From: a virus
Virus record (IMG/VR): IMGVR_UViG_3300045988_039373
Span: 22,795 to 86,794 of that record
DNA length: 64,000 nucleotides
Direction: 5' to 3' (one strand)
The notes beneath the pieces were generated by a model, which saw nothing but the letters and a program-made list of their open reading frames with translations, was not told the DNA's origin and did no database searches. A program made the position numbers and the translations under genes. Shown here one piece after another: positions 62,772 through 64,000 of the stretch (its first letter is position 1; the number at the start of each line of letters is the position of its first letter).

Positions 62772-63079
62772 ATCCTAAACCTATTTAGAGTCCATACACC
62801 CAGGATATTAGAGAATACCCATAGTTCCCAGTTTTTGTAAAAGTTATAGGGTTTACTGAATTGAGATGTTTGAAATATTATCTGATTTGGTGTTCTAGAT
62901 AACATTTCTGCATGGCAAGTTAATACTCCAGAAGATAATTGAGCTTTAAAAGCTTTAATAATATCTTCATCACTTTTAGTCTCTAATGAGGTAAGCAATT
63001 TAATAAATTCTACCTCTACACCTTGAGACATGTTTACATTTCTGAAGGCAAACTTTTCTTTATTTTCCATATTCGTCAT
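62768..63079 (-). CDS. Hypothetical early protein (103 aa)
   Basis: ATG at 63079, with an alternative at 63070. Confidence 0.5.
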   Translation of the reverse strand: MTNMENKEKFAFRNVNMSQGVEVEFIKLLTSLETKSDEDIIKAFKAQLSSGVLTCHAEMLSRTPNQIIFQTSQFSKPYNFYKNWELWVFSNILGVWTLNRFRI

Positions 63080-63701
63080 TTTTAGATAAGAACTCTTGAG
63101 CTAGTTCATCTTGAGTTCTTTCGATTATGTTCTTTACGATTGTTTTATTTTCTACTCTAGCCCACATACATAGCATGCCCAATTGAGCATCCATATAGCA
63201 ATCTATAAGAGAGGGGTCCTTTCTAAATACGTCCCATTGTTTTACGAAATTGGTTCGAACCAAATCCCTATAACCCTGGTCTGATATACCTTCTTGGTCT
63301 ATATAAGCAGATACCCTTTTTCTTACTTCTAAAAGGATTTTCTCTAAGCTTTCCGGTAATCTGAAATTTTCTGGTAAGCTATGATATACCAGAGCATTTG
63401 GTATCAATTCCTCAAAAGTGAACTGATTATCGAATAGTTTCTTTGGGTATCTACCTGAAAATATCAAGGGTATCTTATACCTTAGCAATGATGGTACTAT
63501 GTCGTATATAGCATAATGTTTCCGATATTCCTGATAGACATCGAAATATAGATTCTCATCGAATATACCAGATTTCCTCATTATTGCCTGTAAAGTATTA
63601 TAAGCAGCATTGATATGAGTATTACTCAATTTGAATACTAAGTTGCCATTTTTAATGGAAATGAGTTCACTACAGCATCTCTTTCGTCTAAATAAGTTCA
63701 T
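63060..63701 (-). CDS. Hypothetical early protein (213 aa)
   Basis: Start re-set to the ATG at 63701 (MNLFRRKRCC...), 5 nt after the upstream TAA. Confidence 0.55.
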   Translation of the reverse strand: MNLFRRKRCCSELISIKNGNLVFKLSNTHINAAYNTLQAIMRKSGIFDENLYFDVYQEYRKHYAIYDIVPSLLRYKIPLIFSGRYPKKLFDNQFTFEELIPNALVYHSLPENFRLPESLEKILLEVRKRVSAYIDQEGISDQGYRDLVRTNFVKQWDVFRKDPSLIDCYMDAQLGMLCMWARVENKTIVKNIIERTQDELAQEFLSKNDEYGK

Positions 63702-63705
63702 GTGA

Positions 63706-63921
63706 TTAAAATGTAAAGTCAATGTATATTTTCCTTTTTCCCTTGAGAAATTTTTCGTGATTTGAGTCATCATACTTATGGCAAGCATAAGTCTTAGATG
63801 ATTTATCATAATGGTCTCTTACCCATACTGGAGCAGTATCAGTTGGTTTTAATTTAAAGTATGTACCCTGATTAACCTTGTTAACCCGAGTCTCTTTGTA
63901 AGATGTCTTTGGTAGTTCCAT
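63706..63921 (-). CDS. Hypothetical basic early protein (71 aa)
   Basis: The track start at 63951 is a TTG in the -7 box. The real ATG is at 63921 (MELPKTSYK...). Confidence 0.55.
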   Translation of the reverse strand: MELPKTSYKETRVNKVNQGTYFKLKPTDTAPVWVRDHYDKSSKTYACHKYDDSNHEKFLKGKRKIYIDFTF

Positions 63922-63957
63922 ATTTTTGTCTATTTTAAAATTGATATGCAAATATAA
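63919..63957 (-). repeat. 39-bp exact repeat, copy B
   Basis: Identical to 61797-61835. Confidence 0.95.
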
Positions 63958-63980
63958 TTCTTTCTTTTTAAATATGCAAT
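63949..63980 (-). promoter_or_regulatory. Early-type promoter (ATTGCATAT-N-TATATTTGCAT)
   Basis: The plus strand reads ATGCAAATATAATTCTTTCTTTTTAAATATGCAAT. Confidence 0.6.
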
Positions 63981-64000
63981 ATCCGGATATAACTATGGGA

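Noticed and set aside
63240-63265. GGTTCGAACC, a tRNA T-arm-like string
   Set aside because: It lies inside a CDS. No acceptor, D or anticodon arms can be drawn around it. I found no tRNA-like cloverleaf elsewhere in the window.
1-64000. Lysogeny module (integrase, CI-like repressor, att site)
   Set aside because: No tyrosine or serine recombinase motifs and no obvious repressor were seen. The window gives no support for a temperate lifestyle, although the rest of the genome is not visible.

Overview
The window looks like part of a tailed, contractile-tail (myovirus-type) dsDNA phage genome. The host is probably in Bacteroidota, because many genes are preceded by the Bacteroides-type promoter consensus (-33 TTTG, -7 TAnnTTTG). 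About 90% of the coding sequence is on the minus strand.

Layout:
- 1-10.5 kb: nucleotide-metabolism and replication module. It holds two thymidylate-synthase-fold paralogues, an all-alpha NTP pyrophosphatase, a trimeric dUTPase, an SF2 helicase, a ferritin-like protein, a primase, an HNH endonuclease and a DnaB-like helicase.
- 10.6-11.3 kb: a lone plus-strand sigma-like gene.
- 11.4-48.6 kb: a long virion module in Mu/P2-like order. In transcription order it runs TerL, portal, protease/scaffold, MCP, 2054-aa fibre, BACON-type proteins, neck, sheath, tube, chaperone with a -1 frameshift site, TMP, baseplate, tail fibre.
- 48.6-48.9 kb: a palindrome-containing, AT-repeat intergenic region.
- 48.9-51.0 kb: a C5 DNA methyltransferase and a lysis cassette.
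- 51-55 kb: small plus-strand genes and two Ig/BACON-like genes, one carrying a G11 tract.
- 55.0-56.2 kb: a very AT-rich two-gene island flanked by an 8-bp direct repeat.
- 56.2-64 kb: promoter-gene-hairpin units encoding small, often very acidic proteins, interrupted by two unusually long non-coding tracts full of dyad-symmetric sites.

No tRNA, rRNA, CRISPR array, integrase or reverse transcriptase was recognised. All functional calls come from motifs read by eye in the translations and from gene order. No database search was possible. The ORF track uses TTG and GTG as starts, so several starts were re-set to the first in-frame ATG after checking the DNA.
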